Origin: Tannerella sp.
Lineage (GTDB): Bacteria > Bacteroidota > Bacteroidia > Bacteroidales > Tannerellaceae
Length of the DNA: 62,821 nt
Direction: 5' to 3'
Assembly (NCBI GenBank): GCA_031265585.1
Contig: JAISCL010000158.1
Span: forward strand, 1-62,821
The translations under genes and the position numbers were made by a program. This document shows positions 18,107 to 29,556 of the stretch, one piece after another. The notes under the pieces were generated by a model. It was not told the origin of the DNA and did no database searches. It saw only the letters and a list, made by a program, of their open reading frames with translations. Positions within the stretch are counted from its first letter, which is position 1. Each line of letters begins with the position of its first letter.

Positions 18107-19939
18107 TTACCATCCGGGGTTTTGCCAGTTATCGCCGGTATATTTTTCCATTTTGCACACCTCGTCGTAAGGCAAAGGGAAAAGCAGAAATTTGTCGCTG
18201 TTACATCGCCGATTGCCGATACTGAAACGATTGTACGAAAAACTGTTCTCATCGGCAACGGTTGTATTGACGCCTGAAACGCCTATGTCGGTCTTGTCTA
18301 ATATTTTCCAACGGCGCACATCATAGAAGCGGTGCTGTTCAAAAGCCAGTTCCACACGCCGTTCGTTCCTCAGTTTTTTCCGAAATTCCGTTTGCGTTGG
18401 TATTCCGTTTGCATTAAATCCGGGCATCCCTGCCCTGAGCCTGACTGCATTAACAGCCGACATGGCATTCAGAACCGTTCCCTGTACGCCGGGTATATTC
18501 GTGACGGGGTCGTATGCTTCGTTGGCTGCCTCAGCGAAATTGAGATATAATTCTGCCAAACGGAAGATTTTCATATATCCGTCGGCCTGGTTACTGATAT
18601 CGGAACTGTTGTTGTTGAATTTGCGGAGATAATAACCGGTGCGCGTGTATCGCAGGTCGGTAGCGGACAACCGGCAATCGGCATCCTGATAGATGTTGAT
18701 TGCAGAATTTGGGTCTGTAAAATTCAGCAGCGATCCGTTATAATAAATGGAAGCCGTTAGCCGAGGGTCTCTGTTTTCATACGGTTTATCAGGATTAAAT
18801 CCACTTGACGGATAAATACGGGGTATTACGACGTCGTATATCACGCATCCGTCGACATCGGTTTGAAACGGAGGTGTCCCGTTTATCATTTCGTAAGCGT
18901 CCACCATTTCTTGCGACGGGCATGAACCGGCCCGCAGAGAACCTGCATTCAGCGGCAATCCGGCATCGCGCCATACGGCTAACTGCGCTTTACATTCAAG
19001 AACCGTTTCTCTGTCAATGGTTCTTGACATATCCATACGGCTTAAAAAATACATCTGGTAAGCATTTGCCGAACTTGCGGCGGCTTCGCCTGTCGGCAGA
19101 GCGCTGTACAGTCTGTAAGTATTGGCCAGACATTCATTCAGCGCCTTTCCGGTAATAACGGCTGCCCGTTCCCATTTGGCTTGCCGGTTGGCGACGTCGC
19201 TATTCCACAGGTCGCTGGAGGCATAGAGCGCCGCTTCCGATTCTATGGCATAGGCAACCGCGCGTGTCATCCGTCCGCGTTCGCCTTCCGTACCCAATCC
19301 TGTGTTCCACATAAGTCCGTATGAAATAGCCTTTTCACAATCTGCAATGACCGAATCCACGCATTGTGCAAAAGAAGGTCGAGTGTAAGCCGTGTAATCA
19401 TATTCGTTTTCGACAAGTTTCCTGATGATGGGCGCGGGACCATAGCGTTTCAGTATCTGCCAGAAATAGAAGGCGCGAAGCGTATATACCTGTGCTTTCC
19501 AGTCATCGGCTTCCCCTGCTAAATTAGGTCTTTCAACAAGCAGTGGCGACCGTTCTATTTCCTGTAGAAAGACGTTACATATCCGAATGCCATCGTAATA
19601 CAGCCGCCAGTAATCGTTCATCGGAAAAGCATTTGAAGACACATTTCCCAAGTACCAGTTCCGTATGTTCCCGCTTTGCACATCCTGTACGTCTTCCGCT
19701 TCGTCGCAAAACGATGCGAGCAATGTCCCTGAATAAGACATGGCATAATCTCCGATGTAGCCACCATACGGCATATAGGAATAGCATTTGTTTACATAAC
19801 CTCTCGTCAAGTCGAAATTGCTGAAAATGTCAGTCATGCTTATCCGCCCGTCTTCCGGCATTTCCAGCCAGTCATTACATGATGATAAAAAAGCGATAAA
19901 GATGATTGCGAAGAACATTTTATTTTTCATATTTTTCAT
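18107..19939 (-). CDS. RagB/SusD family lipoprotein
   Basis: LSSC lipobox, NRDPRL, RLAELYLNFAEA, ERRVELAFE, QNPGW. Confidence 0.95.
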   Translation of the reverse strand: MKNMKNKMFFAIIFIAFLSSCNDWLEMPEDGRISMTDIFSNFDLTRGYVNKCYSYMPYGGYIGDYAMSYSGTLLASFCDEAEDVQDVQSGNIRNWYLGNVSSNAFPMNDYWRLYYDGIRICNVFLQEIERSPLLVERPNLAGEADDWKAQVYTLRAFYFWQILKRYGPAPIIRKLVENEYDYTAYTRPSFAQCVDSVIADCEKAISYGLMWNTGLGTEGERGRMTRAVAYAIESEAALYASSDLWNSDVANRQAKWERAAVITGKALNECLANTYRLYSALPTGEAAASSANAYQMYFLSRMDMSRTIDRETVLECKAQLAVWRDAGLPLNAGSLRAGSCPSQEMVDAYEMINGTPPFQTDVDGCVIYDVVIPRIYPSSGFNPDKPYENRDPRLTASIYYNGSLLNFTDPNSAINIYQDADCRLSATDLRYTRTGYYLRKFNNNSSDISNQADGYMKIFRLAELYLNFAEAANEAYDPVTNIPGVQGTVLNAMSAVNAVRLRAGMPGFNANGIPTQTEFRKKLRNERRVELAFEQHRFYDVRRWKILDKTDIGVSGVNTTVADENSFSYNRFSIGNRRCNSDKFLLFPLPYDEVCKMEKYTGDNWQNPGW

Positions 19940-19943
19940 ATTT

Positions 19944-22847
19944 TCAAAAAGTTATACGAATACCGGCATTCCATATCCTGTAATTCTGGAATACGTTAAG
20001 AGCAGGTATTTCCGGATCTATACAGTTTGTTTTCAGGAAATCCCATGTATAAAGGTTATGCGCGTTCAGTACAAGACGAATCTGTCGGGCATGAAATAAC
20101 CGAAGTGTCGGAGAAGGAAGTAACCATGCCATTTCCAGATTTTTAATGCGGATGTAAGCCGTGTTCATTGTGAAAAAGTCATTGAGCTGACGGCTGGTTG
20201 ACTGTTGTGCGGACAGCGCAGGGAAAGTGATTTTTTCGCCTGACGCCGCCCTCTCAGGCGTCCATGCATTCTTATGTATGTCGGAATACATCCCCCCGTA
20301 AAGGCTTTCATCTATTCCCGCCGCATTTTGATATTGCCGCGATGAAAGCCCTGTTCCATAAACTAAACAACTCAATTCCAAATTTTTATAATTCACAGAA
20401 AAAGAAAAACCATAGTTTATTTTCGGGATAACGGGATTGCCTGTTGGTGCCATATCTTTTTCGTCAATAATATCTCTCCCATCTTCCGTTTTATCTCCAT
20501 TCAGGTTTTTATATCTGAAATCGCCCGGACGTGGCGTTCCGAAACTGTAATACACACTTTCCGTTTCTTCCTGCGAATTGAAAAAACCGTTCCCTGAACT
20601 GTAATCTACCAGATAACCGAACGGCTGCCCTGTCGCATATCCTTCCTGTCGTTTTGTATAAGCGTAATCAGCGCCTTTGGGCGTTTCAAACACATCAGTC
20701 ACCGTATTTGAGGTATAATTGAAAAAGGTTGTTACCGTTGCGGATATATGATTGTTCAGTTTTCCGGCATAACCTGCCGTTATTTCGATGCCTTTGTTTT
20801 GCATTTTACCCCTGTTAAACGGGGGATAGATTCCAGAAATCAAACCTGTAAACGAAGGTATGGCGCCTGTAGTTGTAATCAACATATTATCTGTCATTGT
20901 TGTGAAATAATCTACTGAAAAAGATGTATTTCCTATACCTGCATCTATCCCGTAATTCCATCCGGTGATGATTTCAGGCGCAAGTTCGGGATTTCCAATA
21001 TAGTTTTCCGTGATCATATAATTCAGGTTTTCAATGTATCTTCCACCTCCATTTATCAGTTTATCCGTATAAATAAAGCGTTCGCCCGAATAATCGTTTG
21101 CCGTCTGTCCGGCTGACAAACGGAATTTCAATTGTGTCAGCCAATCAACGTCTTTCATGAAATTTTCGTTTGAGACAATCCATGCCGCCGATAAACTCGG
21201 CGTGAGAACAAACCTTTTGCTACGGGCATACTGGTCGGTACCGGAATAACCCGCATCGCCTTTTAGCACATATTTATCTCCATACGCATAACATACGGAT
21301 ATACCCGAATAAATGCGATTGTAGGGAAATACATAATCGCCGTCGCTTCGTTCGGGTATCTGATTTTCATAATATCCGTAACCCATTCCCGAAACGGAAT
21401 GTTTTCCGAAACGGTTTTGATAGGTTAACTGGCCGCCTGCACTCAGACAGTAAGAAAAAACAGACGATTTGCCATACGCAAGAGGGGTATTCTGCCATGT
21501 GCCTGCCCCTGCCTGATTGAAAGACAGTTCGTCCGTCCGGTCGCTCCTTATCCAGCGTTCATAATCCTGGCCGGTTATTTGGTTTCCAGCCGAATTTGTC
21601 TGGTAGGCAAACCGTCCTTCGAGCGTCAGACCTTTGGCGAGAAAGGCAAGGTCGAAATTCAAACCTGCTTGCGCCATCATTTCCGTTTCGGTATATCGCA
21701 GGTATCCTGAACGGTTTAACATACCGTACGCCGGATTGTCAACAAGAGAGGTGGTTACCACTTCACCCCCGAATATCTTGCCGGGCTGCTGCGGGTCTTC
21801 ATACAGGGGCGTATAAGGTCCGTACATGACCGGCGGCAATGAAAATAGACCACTGTAAATCATTTTATTATTTTGACCGCCAACATTTTCCCTGGTCACA
21901 TTGCCGCTTAAACGGATGAAACCGTCAAGAACCTTGTGTAATTTGAAATCAAGATTTGACCGGAAGTTAAACAGGTAATTTTCACCGGCTCTGGAATCAT
22001 ATTTTATCTGTCCGGGTTTAAACGTGCTTTGGTCGGTAATGAATTGTCCGCCCCCGTGCAACAGATTCACATCCGAAAACATCCGTATCCTGTCATTACC
22101 GGCGGTAGCGTTCAGACTTGCCCTTTCCATCAGTGAATAGGTCTTGAACATCATATCATAAAAATTATTATCCGGATACAGTGTTCTGTCAGTTCTGGAA
22201 GCATAGCCGTCCAGTTCCGGTTGCGAGTAAGGTGCGACGCCTGTTCCGCCGTCGTTTCGCCATGCCTGATTGCGTAGCGTTGCATATTCATAAGAATGAA
22301 TGAAAACAGGTTTACGTGTCATTTGCCGCAAGGACTGGTCATAACTTGCGGTTACTTTTGTTACGCCTGCCTGTCCTTTTTTTGTATTGATAACAATAAC
22401 ACCGTTAGCGCCACGTATGCCATAAATAGATGTTAACGAGACATCTTTCAATATTGATACGGTTTCTATCTCATCAGGCGTAATATTATCTATCCGTTTG
22501 AGCGGGCATACCATCCCGTCAAGGATTATCAGAGGTTGTTGCCTGTTGATGGTGGATATGCCGCGCACATAACTGTCAATGCTCTCGTTACCGGGTTCGC
22601 CGTCCGCCTCCATAAGGAACAGCCCGGGCAGACGTCCCGCCAGCACCTGTAACAGATTGGAAGCGGGAGATTTGGCAAGTTCTTCTCCCGTAACAATGCT
22701 GACAGCACCTGTAATGTAATCGGCGTTTTGTGAATAATATCCCATATTAACCGACCTTACCGCATTCTGCCCATGGATTGCAATGGGCGCAAGCAGCGCA
22801 CAGTAAAGTATTACTTTGATTATTAGAGGCAAACTATATATTTTCAT
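19944..22847 (-). CDS. SusC/RagA TonB-dependent transporter lacking the N-terminal extension
   Basis: PLIILDG...ILKD...YGIRGANGVIVINTKKG plug; C-terminal F. Confidence 0.92.
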   Translation of the reverse strand: MKIYSLPLIIKVILYCALLAPIAIHGQNAVRSVNMGYYSQNADYITGAVSIVTGEELAKSPASNLLQVLAGRLPGLFLMEADGEPGNESIDSYVRGISTINRQQPLIILDGMVCPLKRIDNITPDEIETVSILKDVSLTSIYGIRGANGVIVINTKKGQAGVTKVTASYDQSLRQMTRKPVFIHSYEYATLRNQAWRNDGGTGVAPYSQPELDGYASRTDRTLYPDNNFYDMMFKTYSLMERASLNATAGNDRIRMFSDVNLLHGGGQFITDQSTFKPGQIKYDSRAGENYLFNFRSNLDFKLHKVLDGFIRLSGNVTRENVGGQNNKMIYSGLFSLPPVMYGPYTPLYEDPQQPGKIFGGEVVTTSLVDNPAYGMLNRSGYLRYTETEMMAQAGLNFDLAFLAKGLTLEGRFAYQTNSAGNQITGQDYERWIRSDRTDELSFNQAGAGTWQNTPLAYGKSSVFSYCLSAGGQLTYQNRFGKHSVSGMGYGYYENQIPERSDGDYVFPYNRIYSGISVCYAYGDKYVLKGDAGYSGTDQYARSKRFVLTPSLSAAWIVSNENFMKDVDWLTQLKFRLSAGQTANDYSGERFIYTDKLINGGGRYIENLNYMITENYIGNPELAPEIITGWNYGIDAGIGNTSFSVDYFTTMTDNMLITTTGAIPSFTGLISGIYPPFNRGKMQNKGIEITAGYAGKLNNHISATVTTFFNYTSNTVTDVFETPKGADYAYTKRQEGYATGQPFGYLVDYSSGNGFFNSQEETESVYYSFGTPRPGDFRYKNLNGDKTEDGRDIIDEKDMAPTGNPVIPKINYGFSFSVNYKNLELSCLVYGTGLSSRQYQNAAGIDESLYGGMYSDIHKNAWTPERAASGEKITFPALSAQQSTSRQLNDFFTMNTAYIRIKNLEMAWLLPSPTLRLFHARQIRLVLNAHNLYTWDFLKTNCIDPEIPALNVFQNYRIWNAGIRITF

Positions 22848-22873
22848 ATCTTTTTACTTTAAAATCATTTTTA

Positions 22874-24787
22874 TTACCATCCGGGCGTTTGCCAGTGCAC
22901 GCCTGTGATTACTTCCAGTCTCGTGGCTTCGTCTAAAGGTATAGGCATAAACAGAAATTTACTTGCATAACATTCACGCGGATTCTCTCTGGCGGGTCGT
23001 CTGACAAAAGTATGCATGCTGTGGTTTTGGGTTGGCGACACATCCGTTATTTCCATAGCGGTAATCCACTTGTCTGTTGCGGAAAGGTCTTTGTCATCGC
23101 CTTTTTCGAGCCACCGTCGCACGTCAAAATAACGGACTTCTTCAAATCCCAGTTCTATCCTGCGTTCCTGGCGCACCAATAGCCGCATCGTTGCCTGATC
23201 GCCCGCATTGCCGGTAATTTCAGGCATAGCCGACCGTCGCCTTATTTCATTCAGTAATGGAGTGGCTTCTGCCGGATGACCGGCTTCAACCGCCAGTTCG
23301 GCTGTATTTAGGATGATTTCACCCAGACGGAACAGTTTCCAGCCTGCTCCATAATATGATAAATCGTGCTGACCTTCTGTCGGATGCAGGAATTTCTGAG
23401 CATAGTATCCTGTCCGTGTAAAGGTACGGTATGCATCGCTGCTCCCCGGTCGGATACCGAATTTTTGATCGCCGACATCGGTATAGATGGTCGTCCATTG
23501 ATTTTCACCCACGATAAACCTTTTGGAACCATGATAGTATATCGTGGCATAAAAACGGGGATCGCGGTTTTTATACGGATTCTGTTCATCATACAGATTC
23601 AAGGCCAGAGGGTTATAGTTGGGCAGGAGATGCGTCGGCTCGTCGACATCATTATACGGACGCGACAAATCCAGTAACGGATAAGCCACAGCGCCGTCGG
23701 TTATTTCAAATGCGTCCACATATTCCTGAGTCGGACACACGCCGCATTTATAATTTCCGAAAGGCGATGCCACCAGCCACTGCCTGTCCTGTGGCTGCTG
23801 ATGTTGCCAGATGGTTTCCCTGTCGCGGGGGTTCGGTGCATAATCCGCCCAATTACAGAAATATTCCTTATTGGCGCCAACAGCATTGATACGCGCCTGT
23901 TTATTAGCGCCTTCAAATGTGTCCATGTACGGGTCGGTATATACCGATGCTGACATGAATGTGTTATCTCTGTTAAACAGTTCGTAACCGTTATCGCGAA
24001 GATGCTGTAACGACTGTTTGTTGATTTGATAGGCCTGTCCGGTTGTATAAGTGCCGTCGTCATAACGGGGGCTTACTGCAAAAAGGACTGATTTTGATTT
24101 GATGGCTTCGGCTATCGCCTTGGTAATACGCATCTTTTCGGCTTCAGTAACTATCCGCCATGGCAGTTCTTCAATCTCCAGCGCCGCATCACAGTCGGCA
24201 ATGATAAACTGCACAATCTCGCCGTATGGTGCAGGTCGCAGTTGCGTAAAATCCTGATTTACTTCGTATGGATTTTTATTCACTGGAAACGAAGCGCCGT
24301 ACCACTTGAGAAGTTCCATGTAATAGTAAGCCCTGAGGACATACGCTTCCGCTTTCCAGCGTTGTCTGTCATTTTCGCTATTGACGGCAGCGTTATCTAT
24401 CTGCGATAAAAATACGGAACATTTCCGAATACCTGTCCAGTAATACTGCCAGTAAGTGCCGGTTTTCATATTAGATCCGTCTTCGTAAAGAGGATCTCCG
24501 CCGGGTGAAACATTGCCGTTGTAATATTGTACTACGCGCATCCCCACACAATCGTCGGCATCCCATCCTTCATCGCTCAGCGCAGTAGGAACGGAGGTAA
24601 CAAAATAGTACCAGTTACCCTTGGCAGGAACATAATTGTAACAACTGTTCAGGTAGGCAGCCACTTTGTCATTGTCGGTAAATACCTGTTCAAGCGTGAT
24701 AATACCGTCAGGTGCTACATCCAGTACATCGGAACATCCGGATAACATCAACAGCGATGCCATGTGAATTATCATTGTTTTTTTCAT
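22874..24787 (-). CDS. RagB/SusD family lipoprotein
   Basis: LSGC lipobox, NRDPRF, ERRIELGFE, TPGW; start at MKKTMII. Confidence 0.93.
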   Translation of the reverse strand: MKKTMIIHMASLLMLSGCSDVLDVAPDGIITLEQVFTDNDKVAAYLNSCYNYVPAKGNWYYFVTSVPTALSDEGWDADDCVGMRVVQYYNGNVSPGGDPLYEDGSNMKTGTYWQYYWTGIRKCSVFLSQIDNAAVNSENDRQRWKAEAYVLRAYYYMELLKWYGASFPVNKNPYEVNQDFTQLRPAPYGEIVQFIIADCDAALEIEELPWRIVTEAEKMRITKAIAEAIKSKSVLFAVSPRYDDGTYTTGQAYQINKQSLQHLRDNGYELFNRDNTFMSASVYTDPYMDTFEGANKQARINAVGANKEYFCNWADYAPNPRDRETIWQHQQPQDRQWLVASPFGNYKCGVCPTQEYVDAFEITDGAVAYPLLDLSRPYNDVDEPTHLLPNYNPLALNLYDEQNPYKNRDPRFYATIYYHGSKRFIVGENQWTTIYTDVGDQKFGIRPGSSDAYRTFTRTGYYAQKFLHPTEGQHDLSYYGAGWKLFRLGEIILNTAELAVEAGHPAEATPLLNEIRRRSAMPEITGNAGDQATMRLLVRQERRIELGFEEVRYFDVRRWLEKGDDKDLSATDKWITAMEITDVSPTQNHSMHTFVRRPARENPRECYASKFLFMPIPLDEATRLEVITGVHWQTPGW

Positions 24788-24797
24788 ATCTTTTGCA

Positions 24798-27700
24798 TTA
24801 AAAGGTAACATTTATTCCGAAATTATACATTTTGGTATTGGGATAAACTATTCCGTTCAGGTTAGAACTTGTAGCATAGACTTCGGGGTCTAAGGTATTC
24901 ATTCTCAGGTTATCCCATGTTATAAGATTTTGTCCGCTGATATACATTCGAATATTACTTATATTGAACATATTTAACCATTTCCGCGGCAGCGTGAAAC
25001 CCAGTTCCGCATTTTTCAGGCGAATGAAAGACCTGTCCATTACAAAGAAACTGTTGGGTACATGATTTGTGCTGGTGGTCAGATGCAGAGCGGGATAGGT
25101 AATCTTTTCACCATTGGCATAACGTTCCTCTGTCCATGCTGTCCGATGATAATCAAAATAATAACCGCTGTATATTGTTTCCCATACGCCTTCGTTGTAA
25201 TAGTAAGAACTTGTTTTCCCAAGACCTTGAAACATCACAGAAAAATCAAAACCTTTATATTCTGCACCCAGATACACTCCATAGGATACTTCAGGTATCA
25301 TGGTTTTGCCCAGGGGCACCTGGTCTTTAACGTTTATGACCCCGTCGCCATTCTGGTCAATATATTTGAAATCACCTAATCCGAATTTCCCAAAATCGTA
25401 AGTAACCGGACTTCCGTTTTTATCCACGTAACTGTCTATCTCCTCCTGCGAGTTGAAATAACCGTTTCCGTTGCTGTAATCAATTTCATATCCGAAAAAA
25501 GTTCCCAACGGGTATCCTGTTCTTCGGTAGCGGACGGCATAATCTTCGTCCAACAGCGGCTCGTCGGCAAAAACGACTTTATTTGTGTTATGGGCAAAAT
25601 TTCCCTTTACATGGAGTATAAAATCCCGAAACAGCATTTTCCGAAAATCCGCCTCTATTTCAAATCCATGGTTATCCACTTTTCCCATATTTGTCTTGGG
25701 GATATTTCCGATTTCAACGCCTTGCAGTTCGGGTACCATAGAACGGGTAATCAGTATCCTGTCGCGGTTTTCCACGAAATAGTCAAAATTTAAGTTTATA
25801 GTCTGAAACAGTTGTATTTCAATTCCGTAGTTTTTCTTGACGGCAACTTCCCATCCCAGATCTTTATTGCCAATCAGTCCTTCGTCGATGTAATATCCGT
25901 TACTCAGACTGTTCAGATAAAAGTTATTACCCTGTCCGTTACTGTAGTACATCTTGTCGAGGTACAGAAACCGTCCGCCGCCCATCTTGTCGTTTCCCAC
26001 TTTTCCGTATGAGCCTCTCAGTTTCAGTTGTGAAATTACAGGTAACAAAGGTTTGAAGAATGCCTCGTTACTTATGCGCCAGCCCAGCGAGACAGCAGGG
26101 AAGAAGCCAAACCGGTACGAAGGCGCAAACTGTTCGGATCCGTTATAACCGGCGTTAATTTCACCCAGATACCTGTCGTCGTAAGAATAAGTAACACGTC
26201 CTGCTATGCCCAGCACATTGTACGGTATTTCTCCGCCGGAAGTTTCCCAGTAATCGCGTTGCGCAAGCAGTAATCCCCCAACACGATGTTTTTCTCCGAA
26301 AACGCGGGCATAATTTAGCGACGTCTGCAAGTTTACGTTATATTGCGACGCGACGCCTTTGGAAAAGGACATGGTGCCTTTCGCCATATTGGTAGCAAAA
26401 ACGGGTACCTGCTGACCGGATATGGTCATGATCCTTGCCGTATATTGTTGAACGCCGTTGTGGGCGTCGAGTGTGGTTCCCGAATAATTGTCATACGAAA
26501 CCATTCCTTTCAGAGACAAGCCTTTCGTAAGCAACGACATATCCCACTCCATTCCGTATGTACCGTTGAAATTCATTCGCGTATCGTTACGGTATCCCGA
26601 CCGGTTAACAATTTCGTACCCTGTCCGTAACACGTTATCGAATTTAAGAACTTCACCTGCTGCAACACTCGAATTGGGAACACTGACGGTAACAGGTCCC
26701 ATCTCAAACGGACGCGAATATTGCAAATTACGGAAGATTTCATTTACCATGGTGTTCACATCTCCACCATAATTTACGACGCTGGGCATCGCAGCTTTCT
26801 CAAGATAACTGCCGATATTCAGAAACGCCTTCAGACTTGACGATAACTGATAATCCACATTTGTCCGAAAACTGTATCTGTCCAACCGTATCTGAGGATT
26901 GTACGTCAAATCGGGTTCCGTGTTGAAGTGTCCTCCCTGATAAACGTAAGCAGCATTGACAAAATAATGCATACGTTCCGTACCTCCGTTCATGTTCAGG
27001 CTTATTCTTGATTGAGGCGCATACGGCCGTATCAGTTCGCCGTAATAAAAATGGCTCGGATACATGTATTGTTCCAGTTCGTTCTTGTCTGGATTTGTGT
27101 ATCTGGCAATATCTTCTTCTGTATAGATAATGCCAAGATGATCATTTTTAGATGCTTCATTTTTCAACCTCATGTAATCCCATGATTCTAATTTTTCAGG
27201 AGTACGGGTAAATGATTGAAATGATGTTTCCATATTGAGCGATAACTGCATCTTGCCTGTTTCACCTCGTTTGGTCGTAACAATGATGACACCGTTGGCT
27301 CCACGAACGCCAAATACGGAGGTTGCCGATGCATCTTTCAGTACCGATACCGACTCAATTTCGTTAGGGTCTAATACGCTTATATTATCGCGCGGTACTC
27401 CATCTATCAGTATCAGGGGATTTGAAGAGTTTGTAGTCGCTGCGCCCCGCAGGTATATGGCCGCGTTATCATTGCCGGGCATTCCCGAACTCTGAACAAT
27501 CGTAAGCCCCGAAATACGCCCTGATAGCGCATTGCTCAGATTGACGGCGGAACTTTTCTTCAGGTCGTCCGTGCGGATGGCTGAAATAGCGCCTGTTATC
27601 GATTCTTTTTTCTGTGCCCCATAACCTACCACCAGAACCTCCTCCATTTCAGCAGTGGCTTCAGTCAGCGTTACGTCAATGGTCTGACGCCTGCCGACCT

Positions 27701-28256
27701 TTACATCCTGTTTATTAAAGCCGATGTACGAAAACGTCAGCACCGAATTCTCATCAGCCACTTCGAGCGAATAGCGCCCGTTAAAGTCCGTTACTATACC
27801 TGTAGTAGTGCCTTTCACTACCACGTTCACGCCGGGTAAAGCCTCGCCCTCCTCATCGAAGACAACTCCTCGCACCGTACGTCGGTCGGTTTGCTGCAGC
27901 TTCGAGGTCTCTGTCTGTGTCATCGCTACCTGACGTTTCGCATCGCGATATACCGTTACCTGATTATCAATTATTCGATACCACAGAGGCGAATTGGCAA
28001 ACAACCGCTCAAGTACCGCCGCCATTTCCTCATGGTCGGTTTCAATGCTCACCTTCTTCTTTAAATCGGAGCGCAGATTGTCGAAAAAAATGAAAACATA
28101 ATCGCTCGACTTCTCAATATGGTTTATCACCTCTCCTACCGTTGCATCTTTCATGTTAAACGTCAGGCTTGTTTGCTGTGAGAACGACTTGGAGGCAAAG
28201 ACATTCGTCAACGCTACGGTAACCGTCAGAAAAAGTAAATTGGATCTCCTTCTCAT
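24798..28256 (-). CDS. SusC/RagA TonB-dependent transducer with N-terminal signalling (STN) domain
   Basis: N-terminal extension, LPGVNVVVKGTTTG, LKDASATSVFGVRGANG, GINVTF end. Confidence 0.95.
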   Translation of the reverse strand: MRRRSNLLFLTVTVALTNVFASKSFSQQTSLTFNMKDATVGEVINHIEKSSDYVFIFFDNLRSDLKKKVSIETDHEEMAAVLERLFANSPLWYRIIDNQVTVYRDAKRQVAMTQTETSKLQQTDRRTVRGVVFDEEGEALPGVNVVVKGTTTGIVTDFNGRYSLEVADENSVLTFSYIGFNKQDVKVGRRQTIDVTLTEATAEMEEVLVVGYGAQKKESITGAISAIRTDDLKKSSAVNLSNALSGRISGLTIVQSSGMPGNDNAAIYLRGAATTNSSNPLILIDGVPRDNISVLDPNEIESVSVLKDASATSVFGVRGANGVIIVTTKRGETGKMQLSLNMETSFQSFTRTPEKLESWDYMRLKNEASKNDHLGIIYTEEDIARYTNPDKNELEQYMYPSHFYYGELIRPYAPQSRISLNMNGGTERMHYFVNAAYVYQGGHFNTEPDLTYNPQIRLDRYSFRTNVDYQLSSSLKAFLNIGSYLEKAAMPSVVNYGGDVNTMVNEIFRNLQYSRPFEMGPVTVSVPNSSVAAGEVLKFDNVLRTGYEIVNRSGYRNDTRMNFNGTYGMEWDMSLLTKGLSLKGMVSYDNYSGTTLDAHNGVQQYTARIMTISGQQVPVFATNMAKGTMSFSKGVASQYNVNLQTSLNYARVFGEKHRVGGLLLAQRDYWETSGGEIPYNVLGIAGRVTYSYDDRYLGEINAGYNGSEQFAPSYRFGFFPAVSLGWRISNEAFFKPLLPVISQLKLRGSYGKVGNDKMGGGRFLYLDKMYYSNGQGNNFYLNSLSNGYYIDEGLIGNKDLGWEVAVKKNYGIEIQLFQTINLNFDYFVENRDRILITRSMVPELQGVEIGNIPKTNMGKVDNHGFEIEADFRKMLFRDFILHVKGNFAHNTNKVVFADEPLLDEDYAVRYRRTGYPLGTFFGYEIDYSNGNGYFNSQEEIDSYVDKNGSPVTYDFGKFGLGDFKYIDQNGDGVINVKDQVPLGKTMIPEVSYGVYLGAEYKGFDFSVMFQGLGKTSSYYYNEGVWETIYSGYYFDYHRTAWTEERYANGEKITYPALHLTTSTNHVPNSFFVMDRSFIRLKNAELGFTLPRKWLNMFNISNIRMYISGQNLITWDNLRMNTLDPEVYATSSNLNGIVYPNTKMYNFGINVTF

Positions 28257-28278
28257 ATTGTTGTCTGAAAAATTAAAA

Positions 28279-29505
28279 TCAAAGTTCTATGTATATAAGA
28301 TTATTTTCACGCCTGAAAGAAACGTTCGGTATCTGCGAGAACATCGTTTCAAGCACATTATCAAGGCTCAGCGACAGCGAAAGTTTGCCGGAGCAGGTAA
28401 TGTTGCGCAGGTCAAGACTATCAGGTATGCTGAACCGCAGGTTGTAATACTGCTCTATGCGTTGCAGTGCTTCCGGCAGTGGCGTGTCGTCGAAAATCAG
28501 AAACCCCTCTTTCCAAGAGATATATCGTTTGAGGTCTGCAGGATGTGTTTCTAAACCGTTCACGTCAGAAACGGCCAGTTCTCCCGGTTTTATCGTCAGA
28601 TGTTTGCCTGAGAAACGGTTTTTGACCGCTACGCTACCTTCCACAAGTGCCACGGTTTGGCTGTCGCTTCCTGCGTAAGCCGAGACATCGAGAGAGGTGC
28701 CGAGGACGCTTATCTCTATGTCGGATGTGTTGACAATGAACGGTATGGATGGGTCGTGCGCTACTTCAAGGTATATCTCGCCTTGCAGACTCACTGTCCG
28801 TGCTGCATCGGTAAAGGCTGACGGAAACTCAAGTGTGGTGCCGGAGTTAAGCCATATATGGGTGCCGTCTGCCAATGTCAGTTGCGACCGTTTGCCGTAG
28901 GGTACGGATATGCGGTTCAATTGCGGGGCAGGTTCTGCGGCGATTGTTTTAGCGTCTGTTTGGGTTTCTGCAGCGGGTATAGACTGCAAGTCGGTGTTGC
29001 CTGTTGGGTCTTCAACCTGTATAGTGCCGTCTTCGCGTACACTGATATTTATATTATCGGCGAAAGTGGTCGTACCGGAGGAAGTAGTGAGGCGTATTTC
29101 ACGATCTTCAAGGTTCTGCTCCATTATCACGCCGATAGTTGCGACATGACGTTCAGGCTGTTGTGTTCCTTTGTAAATATAGTAAGCCGTTGCAGAAACG
29201 ACAATAAACGCAGCGCAGGCGGCGACATAACGCCAGAGGTTTATACGTTTGCCTTCATGTCGGTCGCTAACACGCTCAATACGCTGCCAGAGGGCTGCAA
29301 AATCGGCATCGCTCATGGTCATGGTCTCGGCATCTAAACGTACCTTGTGAAACCTGTGTTCGGCAGTCTGCAAAAGCAATACGTTTCCCGGTTCACGGGC
29401 AGTGTATTCCTGCTTGAATGCTGTCAGGCTCTCGCCGCCTTCAAGCATGCAGCGTATAAATTCTTCATCTGTGAGTAACTGTTGTAATTTCTGTTTTTCG
29501 GTCAT
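28279..29505 (-). CDS. FecR family anti-sigma factor
   Basis: TM helix, LADGTHIWLNSGT, VLGT and LVEGSV motifs. Confidence 0.93.
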   Translation of the reverse strand: MTEKQKLQQLLTDEEFIRCMLEGGESLTAFKQEYTAREPGNVLLLQTAEHRFHKVRLDAETMTMSDADFAALWQRIERVSDRHEGKRINLWRYVAACAAFIVVSATAYYIYKGTQQPERHVATIGVIMEQNLEDREIRLTTSSGTTTFADNINISVREDGTIQVEDPTGNTDLQSIPAAETQTDAKTIAAEPAPQLNRISVPYGKRSQLTLADGTHIWLNSGTTLEFPSAFTDAARTVSLQGEIYLEVAHDPSIPFIVNTSDIEISVLGTSLDVSAYAGSDSQTVALVEGSVAVKNRFSGKHLTIKPGELAVSDVNGLETHPADLKRYISWKEGFLIFDDTPLPEALQRIEQYYNLRFSIPDSLDLRNITCSGKLSLSLSLDNVLETMFSQIPNVSFRRENNLIYIEL

Positions 29506-29556
29506 AAAGTTGTCCTTTTTTTGTTAAGGACAATTCTTTTCCCCGAATCTTCGCTT